A stretch of 64,000 nt of DNA. Source: Dimorphilus gyrociliatus (taxonomy: Eukaryota > Animalia > Annelida). A program made the translations under genes and the position numbers. A model generated the notes under the pieces. It made no database searches, was not told the origin of the DNA, and saw only the letters and a list, made by a program, of their open reading frames with translations. The stretch spans positions 806,001 to 870,000 of the forward strand of contig CAJFCJ010000015.1 in NCBI GenBank assembly GCA_904063045.1, read 5' to 3'. Below are positions 25,101 through 38,123 of this stretch, piece after piece (position 1 is the stretch's first letter; every line of letters starts with the position of its first letter).

Positions 25101-28100
25101 AGAAGATAGAAGAACAAGAAAAACATAATGTATAAGAGAGAAGTAGAGGGGCTCAGCGCGCATTTTGCAACCTCTTCTACCTCAATATTTGCAATGTTTA
25201 TATACGCACACGTAAATGTATTATCCCTATTGAAAATGTCATAATAGTAAACAGAGAGAAAGAAAAGAACGCTTGAACGAACGCTTCCTTTGTGTATGAT
25301 TAGCGTCTACTTTTTGACGATTTGCTCGCGTGACGTTCGAGACGCTTTATGACGGCCGGAAATAGATTCGAACGTCAGTAAAGTTTGACGCCCCTCTTTA
25401 CAATTCAATATGGTCAGTTGAGATGGAGAGATTTATGGCGTGCCCTTCAAGTATAAGAGAAAGGAATAGGGGTAAAGGCGAAGGGTAAAGAATTACATTT
25501 AACCGGTCAAAGACAAAGGTTACACATATTAGAAAGACCTACACTGAAAAATTCGAAAGGTATTATTTACACCTGACTAGACTTTCTTATATAGATCTAT
25601 TCAATTCACGATTCGAGCAGTAATATATGGGAACGTTATTAAAAATTTCGAGTGCTTTTTTTCTTCTTTTTCATTTCCTTCTCAGTCTCTATTTTCATCC
25701 TTACTTCTTCCCTTTCTCTTGTCCTTCTTTTTCTTCGTTTTATCCTTGGTGTGCGTCTACATAACGCCGCATGCCAATGTCAACATAGCACCAGTCTCGC
25801 ACCAGTGATGTGGATTTGAAGACCGGAAAACCGTCAAGCACCGGCTTTTCTATTCACCTGCCAGGTGTTCGACCGCTTTTTTCAAAAAATATATCTTATG
25901 TGTTAAAGCAAAAGGTCGTCTAGCGTTCGAAAGCGAATAACGCACTACAAGGCGTCTAATTGAATTAAAGATCGGCAATGTCAAATTACAATTGATAAAA
26001 GCCGACTTGGCGTTGCGATAAACACAAACAATTACGTCACGCTATATCGACGTTCGTAGTTTTTTTTCTTTTTTTCAATATTACGTAATTTCCGTTGTGC
26101 TTAGAGAATGAGAAAAGCCTTTAACTTATCTCTGCAAGACGTCACTTGTCACACGTGGGCTTCAAGGTGGTAAAATTGAAAGCGATGACACTTGATTAGA
26201 CAATACGTAGCAATGGAGATAAAAGTAAAATTTGATTGCATACGTAGCTAATTGTTAAAGAGTTTTCAATACGTAGATTAGTGTTCGAACAGTATAAAGC
26301 CCCCACTCAAAAATTGACGGACTAAATCACTTCTATCGCCTTTCACGATCTGACACTGTTCAAGCAAAGTAAATGTTCCCGTAGCGAAGCCTTTCAGAAT
26401 CTTGTGGAATTAAAATCTCGTGCGAAATGACGCGGATTAAGGCCAGAGTATTGTTGACTCGCCGAGGGATGCAAAATTTTCTATTCTAACCCAATACGAA
26501 CCCTCCTAGCACTTTAATTAAGATTATTGAAAAAATAACAATTAAGAATAAAAAATAAAGGGGAAAAGGGGAATTCTCATTATTTGTAATACACCGCAAA
26601 AATGTGTAGGTGTATAAATATATATTTATATATAACTAGCATATACATGTTTACATTTCTCTTTCCCGCAGCGATAGGAAAAGAGAGAAAGAGAAGAGTA
26701 TTGTTTAATATATGATATTAATCAGATTAAGCTAATACGGACAGATGGTGCGAAACTGTTCACGCAAATTTGAAAACAGCTTTTCCTTCTTTCCGTATCC
26801 TTATCTTAAGTCCTTTTCTCTGTCTCTCTCTCTTTGTGCGAGATGCGAATAAAAAGACTATACACAACATTAAAACCTCTTTATACTGCACATTATCGAC
26901 CGTGTCTATATTTAAGCAGATACAAAAGATTATGACGAACGTGCAGTCAGTCTATAAAACGCCGCTGATCCATAATCAATGTCCTTAATCCGATACAGTT
27001 GTTACAGACGTACTCGATGTAATAATATTGGGTATTATTAGTATGAACAATGAAATGTCAGAGAATCTCACACCCTCATTCATAACTTAACTCAATACCA
27101 TGTTTTATATAAATTACAAAACAACTTCCTCAAATATTAACGATAGAATATAATGGAAAATGGAATGTATATGAGTAAATATAAAAGTGGAATGTATATC
27201 CAGAGACATTAAAAACGCACCTACATAATATATTTGTAAAATATATATTTATATATATATATCTCTGCTATATATAGTATTCAATTCGGTTTCCCGTTTT
27301 GAATATTTACCTTTGGAATTAGTTTGACGCATGATAGAAAAGAAGGGAGGATGTTGGAATAACTAAAATAAGGTGTTTTCTATGTATATATATCTGTATA
27401 ATAAAGCCTTTTTGATATATCAAGATAACCTTTCCCAATGATAATTGCCTATCTTCTGGACCCGAAATTTGAGTGAAAATTTATCTTAGCGACACATGCT
27501 CGTAATTAAGTAAACTATACAAATGCCGAAATGTGATAATAAACAATGGTATTGAGAAAATGATCGACTACGGGAGGCAGGAAGGTGGAAGAAATAATTC
27601 TTCTTTTTTTAACGAATAAAAGGGATTAAAGTGATTCCGTTCAACTTATTTATATCCTTTATCACTTTAATTATGACCAATAGTCGCTAAACCTTTAACA
27701 TACTACTTATTAAGCAATCGGATTACGTAAAAAGCGCATATTTCCGTAAAAGTAATACCGCACTTAAGTGTTTTAAGTTTTTTAAGGGCTGGGTTCTTTT
27801 TTATTTTTTAAACAGTTTAAAACTTTTAAAAGCTTCTCGCCCTTTGAATAAAAAAATTAAAGCAAAAGGCCGCCGCCCACTCACGCCTTTTTACTAATGA
27901 TAGAAAAAAAGGAAGAGAAAGGTAGACACATATAGAGAAAGAGAGTTAGGGGGTGAGAGAGGTAGGAAAGTACAAACAAGTCATGGGAATTAATGGGCCA
28001 GGGCCGAATGTAAAAAATTGATAAAATCAACCCCCACAAAATCAGTTGCATACTCGCAAAAGAAACTCGTAGTTTGTTTTTATAAGATTTGGCACAAGGT

Positions 28101-29648
28101 GCATAAACAACATTATCTGATAGTTTGATTGCATGGCTTCGAAATAGAGGGCTATCATTTGGTAACTGAGTGAGTGATGCTCGATTATTATAGGCTGTTT
28201 GATTAATGTTTCTTATAAAGAAAAGATTAAAAAATAATCTTTCTATATACTCTTTTGTGAATTTAATGATGCCCACCCAACAAGTAAAGCACTTTTGTCA
28301 ACAGATCCTCTGTAGAAAAGATATCCTAGGCCGAAATGAGCTTAAATAGAAAAAACGGATGACAGCTTCTATCTATGAACGCGACACGTATGAACACCAT
28401 TTTTTTCCATTGATAAATTTTGTTGACCGAAGCCATTTAACATCTACAAACTATAGGAAATTATATTCCAAAGATTTATATATATTTATATATAAACCAC
28501 GAGAGTAAAAGTGGACATATCACGTTACCTTCTACATCATGTGCTCTTTTCTCATGCCGCCTACATGTACACATAGAACAATTAACAAGGCGCACTTATA
28601 GCAAGATCACGTTCAATTATTCGATACTAGTATAGTTTTCTCAATGTATATGCGATTGATTTTTTTTTACGGCTCTTCTGTTGTTTTTTTTTCACGCGTG
28701 CATTTCCCTATTAATATACCGACAGGTGAGAAACGAATTAATATGTATATATATAGATATATACTTGTATATATTCATACATACATATATCAACGCTTAC
28801 ATTATCAATTAGATGTTTATTTATGTGCTTGCATTACTTTCTATTTGAAAACGTCCAAAGTTAGATTTGTTATTTTACAGCCTTTTATTTCTTTTATGTA
28901 AAAAAAAAAAAAGAATATCTTCCTTTCGGTTTTGATGTGAAATGTAATTATGAATAATAAAAAATTTTGCACGTTGCATGCGTCACTTTTGTACACACTA
29001 TGTTATTATTAAATGACGGAAATCTGACGTTAGGGAATTTTGTAATAAAGCTATGATTCATTTTTTTTTAAAGCACGTATCATTAAGACGGTATCAGTGC
29101 GCGATTAGACGTTCTATTGAAAAAGCGTCTACACTAAATTAGGCGTATGTTTCCTAATTGGTAGTCAACTTGTTTTATACATGCAATAGCTTTATCAGTT
29201 TTTATCGAACGTTCCATTAGACGTTCTGTCGAAGCCAGCAATTAAATTAAGTTTGCTGTTTCTATTTCATAGTACCTGGATAAAATATAGATAGAATAAA
29301 ATACTAACCTTACAAAAACACTCCTTTTTTCTTCTATGAAATATAAATAGTCTTTTCCTTTAAAAAATGTATTAATCCGTTGAGTTAAATAAAAAAGGAA
29401 TAAGAATGTTTTTCTTTGATTCCTTCTTCTTCTTCTTCTTCTCCTAATATATAGATTTACATAAAAAAGTTTATGTAAGGTAGACTTCCCCTTCGGACAA
29501 TTCTTGCACCTGTCGAGCGTTGAATGAAAAGGGAGAGAAACTTCAAACGAGTAGAATAATGTAGAATAGAACCGGCGGTAAATTTTTTACTTTTCGCGCT
29601 TTAAACGTCACTCTCCGAAACCTTATAGGCGAACGATTGTTGACCGTC

Positions 29649-29661
29649 GCGCCACCTGGCG
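29649..29661 (-). promoter_or_regulatory. CTCF-like motif (CGCCAGGTGGCGC on the minus strand) in a CpG-rich patch ~29.5-29.95 kb
   Basis: Consensus match; lies between the protocadherin upstream region and the HAO promoter. Confidence 0.55.
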
Positions 29662-30946
29662 AGAATTCGGTGAGACAATTTTATTAGGCGGGCACCGGAT
29701 CCCATTGAACGATTCCGTCCGGCTAACGGCGCCGGGAAACCATAATTAAATTATAGGCCTATTAGAACTGGCGCGAAAATAATTAGGAAGATAGAAGCAG
29801 ATGCATTTTTATTGCGGTTTATAAGACCCGTTCGATAAGTAAACAATAAGAGGACGTCTCTTGAATGTTTACCCGCGTCAGACGCGGTTAAAGTGCTATT
29901 TACACCATGTGCTGCGCGTTCAAAACAATATTTTATGAATAAACATTAAGTTTGAGTTGGTCGTCACGCACGATCGATAGAAATCGAAGAAACTCGGTGT
30001 TATTTCCTATAAAAAATTATATTGTAAACGAAATCCTCTCCCTATACCAACTAATTATTTATTCGGCTTTGATAAGGAGTTTGCATGCCATCTAACAATC
30101 AAAATAGTTAAAATATAAGGTAAACTAAGTTTTTCCTCTTTCTTTATTATCATTCTTTTAAATTAACCTAGTAGTAATTAAAATTCCCAATGCGTAAAAG
30201 GTTGAAATGAAATAAATGATTAATTGGTTAATTAACGTCTTTAACCGACGTTCCGCCACGTAAATTCAACCAATACTCATATATGCTTTACTTCCTTTTT
30301 AATTTATTTTTATGTTATTTTATTATTTTCTCCATATTTTTTTTTCACTTTCTTTCCTTATCATTTCCATTCTTGTTGGGCACGTTTCTCCGGACGACTC
30401 GGGAAATTTGCGGACAGTCGAGATGTTTAAACACGTGACTCATGTACAATGTAACGTTTGCGTGCTCGAATTTGCAGATCAACACTGACATCTGTACGCA
30501 TCGTCGGCTTTTATTACGCAACAATTCATTGGAATTTTAACGACTTTATAACCCGCTTGGAAAACTTCCCAATCGAAATTCGATACTCTTCGAAATCGAG
30601 CGTAAAACGAGCAATTTTGAGTATAATTCACTAAATAAACTGCATTCCCGCATAAACACTCAGTTCGTCTTTTATTCAAAGTAACGGATCGAGATGTTCT
30701 GAAATACACAATAAATTTTAATTATAGCTATTTTGTTGATAAAAAAATTAAATATAAATATAAGAATCACATGACCCATTTATCACGTGGTTGCTCAATT
30801 GTTCCGAAGGTCGAGGCTGCTTGTCCTTTTGATGATCTTCGGTAATTGAGGCGTTAGGTTTTAATTTGTACCTGATTTAGCGTAACGAAGCTTATTTTGT
30901 TTATTTTTCTACAAGGTTTTTAGCGGAAGTTCCCCCAAAGGTTATA

Positions 30947-32469
30947 ATGGCCTGTGTAAAAGATTTCGAGGACTACGCCTATAAGTACTTACCTAAATCT
31001 GCTTTAGATTATTACATCAGTGGCTCAAATGACGAGCAAACAGTCAATGATAATATTAAGGCGTTCAAGAGATATAAAATAAGACCAAGAATATTACGAG
31101 ATGTTTCTAACATTGATACAAGTACAACAATATTGGGATATAAAATATCTTTTCCCGTTTGCATCGCTCCAACAGCAATGCACGGCTTAGCTCACGACGA
31201 GCGCGAGATTGGAACGTGCAAAGGGGCGTTTCGAGCCGGAACGGCCTATACACTAAGTACCATAGCTAATTCTTCAATAGAGGAAATTGCCGAATCCAAT
31301 CCAAATGCTTTAAAGTTCTATCAATTATACATATTCAAAAAGGATAAGAGCGTAACGGAGGAGCTTGTCAGGAGGGCAGAAGAAGCCGGCTATAAAGCTC
31401 TCTTTCTGACTGTTGATTCGCCATTCTTCGGTAAGAGAATAGCCGATGAAAAGAATAATTTCAAGACACCAGCCCATCTAAAGTAAGTTCTAATTGAATT
31501 TTAATTATAATAAGAGTCACAATAGAAATAAATTAAATAATCTTTATCTACTATAATTTATTAGAATGGCCAATTTCGAGTCATTAAAGGGATATTCTAG
31601 GGACGGTGTTAGCAAAAATTCCGGAAGTGGGTCGGGACTAGGTGAATATTCTAGGAGGTTATTTAGTTCTTCTGTCACCTGGCAAGATGTTATTTGGCTA
31701 AAAAATTTTACTAAATTACCTCTTGTACTAAAAGGAATTTTGACCGGTCAGTTTAATTATCGCCCTCCTATTCAAGCGACGATTACAGGCGATTTTCGCA
31801 CATTCCAGCCGAAGAAGCAAGAAAGGCAGTCGAAATTGGAGTGAGCGCAATTGTCGTCTCGAATCACGGTGGAAGGCAATTAGACGGTGTTCCTGCTTCG
31901 GTTAGGCCTACGTCACAATTTTTATCATTATTATTATTAGAACCATTAATATCATTAGCTTGTAATAAAAAACTAAGCATCTATGTATTTACAGATTGAC
32001 GCCCTTAGGGAAGTTGTAAAGGCTGTACAAGGGTCGAACGTTGAAGTTTACTTGGATGGAGGTGTTCGTTTGGGGACTGACGTTTTTAAAGCCATTGCGT
32101 TGGGAGCGAAGGCCGTTTTCATTGGACGCCCAGCACTTTTTGGCTTAGCGTACGATGTTAGTATTTGTTTACAAATAGGAAGTCTCAACTTCCTGTGGCC
32201 CGTATACTTCCTATCTTTTTCTTAATCGACCTTGTCAATGATAACAGGGAGCAGCAGGTGTTGAAAAACTATTAAACATACTGAAAGAAGAGTTTAATAC
32301 GTCAATGGCTTTAGCCGGTTAGTTAATATAATATCTTCCCCATAGATGGCGTTTGATAAATTTATCAACTTTTTCTCCCTTATTTCTTACAATAGGTTGT
32401 CGGAACGTGAGAGAATTACAAACCGAAGAGTCTTTAGTTGTTCACGAGTCTTATTATTCAAGATTATAG
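30947..32469 (+). CDS. HAO1: Peroxisomal (S)-2-hydroxy-acid oxidase / glycolate oxidase, 6 exons
   Basis: FMN alpha-hydroxyacid oxidase motifs [66 protein letters not shown]. The last exon ends HESYYSRL* (PTS1 SRL). HAO1 versus HAO2 orthology is not resolvable by eye. Confidence 0.9.
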
Positions 32470-34260
32470 GCCTAATGAAGTGGATGCATGATTCATTATT
32501 ATAAAATATGATTATCAAATGCCCAGGAAAGCAAAAAAAATTAGTATTGCAACATTATTCATATCCCTATAATAGAAACATAAATATTCCTTATTAGTAC
32601 ATCAATCACATCCTAATCTTTTGAATAATCTCCCTTATCTGATTAGCAAAAATATATATATATATATATATTTGTATTCAGATAATTATTATAAACAGTT
32701 AATATCATTCATTGAAAAAAAAATCTAAATAGTCATAAGGATAGCTTACTTAGAGTAGGATGCATTATACATAAAAGTAACGAACCGAATGCATCTTCCC
32801 ATAGTCATTAGTAGGCGTCGAAAGACTTTAAAATATTCATTATCTTCCATTTCCAAACACTAACCTCCTTTTTTTTTTATCTTTCTTACTTAAGTTTCTC
32901 TTATAGTCAATATACTTTTCTTCTATCTTGCGATAAAAACATTAAAGAATGAAAGTATCTAAACAATACTTTTACTGTTCTGCTATAAGTCTATAATATA
33001 ACTATTTAATGACAACAGAATAATATAGTAAAAAAAAAACAACCCTAACTATAACCTCTTCTCAATGTAGCGATTCACACAATGAACTACTTTCATAAAG
33101 AATAATTGATAAAGAAAATATATGAAATATAGCAGAAGAAGAAGACGAAGAGGAAGCAGAAGTATAAATAGACAATAGATGTATATACTATATTCTATTT
33201 CTTCTCTCATAAACTATAAGAATTATAAAGAAGTTAATTAAAATTATTTATATTATAAATTTTACTTGGAGAAGGAGGAAGAGTTCAGGCTCAGATAGCT
33301 TAAAATCGAACAAGAGATCGAGGGGAGTAGTCTGTTATGTTGTTAAATCTTTTATTATCCTTTTCTAATATATAATAGAACTATTGAAAGATTTTTTTAA
33401 GGAATACTGTAGTTTTTTACAGTATAAATTTATACTTGTATTTCATGACTTCTATGATAAGAGTCTCTCCGCTTTTTATATATCTTCAACATTTTGAAAA
33501 TTTTACATGCTATAAATATATGGCGTATCATATAACTGTCGTATTTGGGTCGTGTTTCATAGCATTGAAAGTGCCACCTTTAGGCCCGGCCAATATGATA
33601 TTTGTTTATAAATGGAATAGGTCACGTGATCATTATTATTTATTTATAAGAGCTGCCTTATAAGGAGGGGGGCCTATCGTCGTTAGAAAATCACATATGT
33701 ATTTTATATATGGAGTATACACAGTATATTATATATATATATATACGGTTTATAGATAGATATATCTTAGTTTTTCTTCTCTAAAAGGGCTATTGTTGTT
33801 GAAGCTACTTTGATCATTCGCCGAAACTAACTCTTCTTTGCAAGCTAGTGAAGCTGTCTCTTTTTGAAGGTACTCATTTCATTCGATTTTATATATAAAT
33901 ATATTTGTAGGCGTTTTGACTATGCTTTTTCTGCCACTGTAGACGTTAGATCAATCATTTATCATAGATCGAACTTATTTTGAAAAATGGTATTGCTAAG
34001 TAGGTCTTATCGCAATTGAAATTTGAAGACCTAACTCAAGGGAAAAACTTTGTTGACAATGGTAGAGACTTGTACACTGTTTAGGTCAATAGTTTTAGTG
34101 ATAAGGCGTATTTTGTCTCTACTTTCCAATTACTTTAATTTCATTTCTTTTGTAAATCTATGCATTATATAAATGTATTAATGGCAAATATATTCTAATT
34201 GAAATTTGACAAGTATTTAGAGAGAGGGAGGATAGAAAATTCTAAAACACAGAGCTAACA

Positions 34261-34287
34261 GAAGAAGAAGAAGAAGAAGAAGAAGAA
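34261..34287 (+). repeat. (GAA)9 trinucleotide tract about 40 nt upstream of the CABIT-like ATG
   Basis: Direct reading. Confidence 0.9.
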
Positions 34288-34329
34288 AGGAAGATACATA
34301 TAGACAATAACCAAAGGTTTATTTCTAAG

Positions 34330-36738
34330 ATGGGCTCTTCATTCTTAGAAGAAGATCTTAAAGATATCAAATGGAGTGATCAACTAGCTAGACCTCATGA
34401 TTTAATAGGTTTAACCTGTCCAATGTATATCTTGGTAGAGAATGGAGGTGACGCTGATTTAGGATTAGAAAAAGGACAGGTATTCATGGCTTTCTACTCT
34501 TAAAAAAATTTTGTAGGCCTTTGTAATAACTTTGTAAACTATTGTACAGGCAAATTTTCCATTTACGTATGATCTATATACTATATATACAGCATATCGA
34601 ATATATCCCTATGTTTTCTACTAGATAATCCGGATAGACAGCTGGGACAAGCAAAAGAGGATAATCATTAAGGATAAGCGTAACAGATATGTATCAGTAC
34701 CACGTGACTTTCCGATGAAATTTCTAGTTCGAAATATTCAAGAAAGCTCACTGAAGAATAATCGTCGAGGTATAATATTTGTTTAGTAATAAATATAGGA
34801 TTTAAGGTTCAACTTGAAAAATTTCATGTATACAGCATTAAAGCCATGTCCCAGCACTAAGCTGTATCATATAATTAAAAGCTTTTTTACTGGTAAGCGA
34901 CTAGAAGTTGAATTTGACTATTTCGATCCCTGGATTTTTCGGGTCGGTGGCGAACAAACAAATAGTAGAGATTATGGTTCAATTTACATTGAAAATTTGG
35001 AAACTCCAAACGGTTGTTTTGGACCTCTGGTTACAGAGCATTTCCTGAAAGGATTTTTTATTTTAAAACGTAATATTTTTTTTATTACGTAATAATTACT
35101 TAACTAAATTAACTTTCTCTCCTTTCCTTTGTTCTTCTTCTAGAAAATACCTTCTTAAACATATCAAAATTTGCTATTATACCAACGACAACCAACATTA
35201 TGTTAAAAGTGGCGGACGGTTTTGAAAACGACGAAAATGGTCTTCGTTGGAGGTCGTTTTGTTCTACCCACTCGAAGACTTTAGCGAGGACGCTAAAGTC
35301 GGATTGGTTTAAATTACCTGGCACGTTAGGTATGCATTCTCCCACACAATATTTATATACATATATTTGTATATAACAATTGCATAAAAAGTACTTTTTT
35401 TATATGTAAACTTATTGATTTTAGATATTTTGTTGCCTCATATATCAACACTTACGTCGAATAGCCTATACACTGACAACGACAATACGGTATTTGATGA
35501 AAATGGTAACAACGAATCAACTTTAACAAGGAATTCAAATTATGATCAGAAAGTGTTCAATTATCATGAAACTCATAATTATCATGATAGAAATAGGCAA
35601 AATGTTCATAACGACGAAGCGGCTAATGAATTAGCTGTTCTCACTATCGAAAGCGAACGAATTTGCGTAGACGATACCGACGGTAGAAATGTGGGAAATG
35701 GACAAATAAGAAAGAATTTTCAGGCTGAAATTCATAATACAAAAAGTTCCAATTATAAAAATGTTGTAACTTCCTCTAAGGCCAATGGAATGAATTCTAA
35801 AGATGTTTATAGGCCTACAACTGATCGAGGAGTAAACACGGAAGAAATGGCCAATGAAAGTAAAATGGGTAAAATACATACTTCGAACATAGTTGTTGAG
35901 AATAGGATGGAATCCGCAACATTGCCGAGATATGTACAGAAGAATAACGTTCCTCCTCTTCAAACCACTTATGCTACTTTGCCTAAACAGCAAGTACTCG
36001 GCATTCCTCAACAACAATACCAATATCAATCCAACCAATACCTAGTTCAATCACCTGCACAATTAACACCAAGCCCGAGTCTGAATACTCTATATGTACT
36101 GAAACCGATTCAAATATTACAGAATCCCGTACAAACGGTGCAGATGGGCCCATATCAATCTCCAGCACCCATGCCTATACCACTTTCTTCGCCAAATCCG
36201 AGAGAGAATGGGGCGGAGACTTTTATTCAACACTCGACTCCAAGAGTGAAAGAAATCGTAAAAAAATCCTCTGGTTCTGGAACGAGACCCCGACGTTCGG
36301 TATAATTTTAAATTCGCTTGTTTAACGACATTGACAAAATAATTTTTAATAAGGTTAAACAAATTTAACTTTTCTTTTAAGGAGAAAACAAGACGACAAT
36401 TGGAAGTAAAGCACGTGAAAACAAGTTCGAGATTTGATAGAGGGAAAGACGAGGTAGATCGTCCGAGAATTATTCACCTAAGTGAAAGTAGTTCCAAATT
36501 AGCAAGATCTCCTCCTCCTCAACCTAAAGATGAATTACCCTCGCCTATCTACGATCCTAGACACGAGGCAGATATTGCGAGCGATAGGATAAAAAAGGCC
36601 GAGGAGAGAGTGGGCAAGGCATATAAACGGTTAGACTCAACTGGGTCAGTGAGGTCGTTGCGACAAGTGATGACAATGAAATCTGAGAAAGATTCTGATA
36701 GTTTTGTGGACGCTGATGATCGGAATATTGATTTTTAA
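34330..36738 (+). CDS. Uncharacterised protein with a CABIT-like N-terminus (GAREM/THEMIS-type) and a long disordered Q/P-rich C-terminus, 6 exons
   Basis: Exons join in frame via GT-AG: MGSSFLEEDLKDIKWSDQ...LEKGQ | IIRIDSWDKQKRIIIKDKRNRYVSVPRDFPMKFLV | ORF 34814 part | ~35144-35329 | ORF 35415 | ORF 36400. The CABIT resemblance is by eye only (confidence about 0.45 for the domain call). Confidence 0.7.
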
Positions 36739-36910
36739 TATACTTTAAATGTTCCACTTTCCTATCGCTTATAGCATTATCATTATTATTGTTATTATTA
36801 TATAGTCTTCTTCTTTTTCTTCTTCTTCCTCTCCTTTATTTTATACCCTTAAGAGCATTCTAAATCTTAAAAATTTAGACAATGTTTTTTACACTTTAAT
36901 ATAATGAAAC

Positions 36911-36923
36911 TAGCGCCATCTAT
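36911..36923 (-). promoter_or_regulatory. CTCF-like motif TAGCGCCATCTAT, 90-100 nt upstream of the racemase ATG; identical 13-mer at 13091-13103
   Basis: Exact 13-nt repeat at two intergenic sites; its reverse complement contains TAGATGGCGC, the invertebrate CTCF core. Confidence 0.55.
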
Positions 36924-37012
36924 CGATTCTGCAGATAAGATTTCTTTTTTAATATTATTCAAAGTTTGTGCCTGTAGTAGTGAAGAATTTAAAGGAAATA
37001 CAAAACAAGAAA

Positions 37013-38020
37013 ATGTCGTTATCTAAATCTTTTCTTATTAAAACAATAGAAATGCATACGGGTGGTGAACCTGTAAGAATCATTAAAATGGGTATTCCAG
37101 AACCCCATGGTTCAACTATACTTGAAAAAAGGAAGTTTATGAAGGAGTTTTACGACGATTATAGAAAATATCTTATGTTTGAACCAAGAGGTCATTCAGA
37201 CATGTATGGAGCCCTCTTAGTTAAACCTAATCACCCTGACGCCGATTTGGGAGTACTTTTTATGCACAACGAGGGCTATAGCACTATGTGTGGTCATGCA
37301 ACAATCGCTCTTGCCCGTTACGCAGTTGACGAGGGTTTAGTGAGCGTTTCCGAAAGTGGATTTACCCCAGTCAGTATAGAGTGTCCTTGTGGTCTTGTAA
37401 ATGCATTCTATGATAAAAACAGTGGAAGGTCGTCATTCATTAGTGTGCCAGCTTTCCTTTACGAACAGGATGTCGTAGTGCCCGTTGGAGGTTCTATTGG
37501 AGATGTAAAAGTTGACATCAGCTACGGTGGAGCTTTCTACGCTCTAGTTAATTATTCTTCTCTAAATTTGACACCGGAAACAGCAAATACTGAACAAGTA
37601 CGTGCTCTAGGCACAACGATAACCAATTATCTTCGCCAAAACTATAAGGTTACTCATCCGGAAGAAGACGATTTAAGTTTCATCTATGGTACCATTATTA
37701 TCGATACTTTATCAGAAAACAAGTCTACGTCTAATGTTTGTATATTCGCCGAATCAAGTATTGATAGATCCCCATGTGGTAGTGGAGTAACGGCTAGAAT
37801 CGCTTGTTTGGTGGCAAAAGAAAATATAGGTCTAAAAGAGGCTGTAATTTTTCGCAATAGTCTGACAAAGAGCGAAATGATAGGACAAGCTATAGAACGA
37901 ATGAAGTGTGGTAAATTCGAAGCTGTAAGGGTAAAGGTTGAAGGGCGTGGTTTTTATAGTGGACGCTGCGAATTCCAATTAGAAGACGATGATTTACTTG
38001 GAAAAGGTTTTCTTATATAA
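37013..38020 (+). CDS. Proline racemase family enzyme (L3HYPDH-like), single exon, Cys/Cys active site
   Basis: IEMHTGGEPVRI, LMFEPRGHSDMYGALL, FMHNEGYSTMCGH, VDISYGGAFYA and IDRSPCGSG motifs; uninterrupted ORF. The first ATG is at 37013; the ORF track starts at an upstream GTG. Confidence 0.93.
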   Translation: MSLSKSFLIKTIEMHTGGEPVRIIKMGIPEPHGSTILEKRKFMKEFYDDYRKYLMFEPRGHSDMYGALLVKPNHPDADLGVLFMHNEGYSTMCGHATIALARYAVDEGLVSVSESGFTPVSIECPCGLVNAFYDKNSGRSSFISVPAFLYEQDVVVPVGGSIGDVKVDISYGGAFYALVNYSSLNLTPETANTEQVRALGTTITNYLRQNYKVTHPEEDDLSFIYGTIIIDTLSENKSTSNVCIFAESSIDRSPCGSGVTARIACLVAKENIGLKEAVIFRNSLTKSEMIGQAIERMKCGKFEAVRVKVEGRGFYSGRCEFQLEDDDLLGKGFLI

Positions 38021-38123
38021 ATAGAGTATATTAATATAGAGATGCTTGTATATACTTTCTTTTCATATAAAACACAATTATGTTTGTCATAATTAAAATA
38101 ATAACAAGTTTTAATAAAAGCAG

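Noticed and set aside
25787-25812. TAGCACCA (miR-29-family seed) in a GC-rich patch
   Set aside because: No convincing fold-back and no match beyond the seed.
19977-30709. Short ORFs (60-130 aa) across the protocadherin upstream region
   Set aside because: F/L/I/Y-biased low-complexity translations, with no domains and no consistent splice chains.
37013-38020. Bacterial horizontal transfer as the explanation for the intronless racemase gene
   Set aside because: The sequence looks like the animal L3HYPDH clade, composition matches the host, and USP34 shows local intron loss; a phylogeny would be needed to revive the idea.
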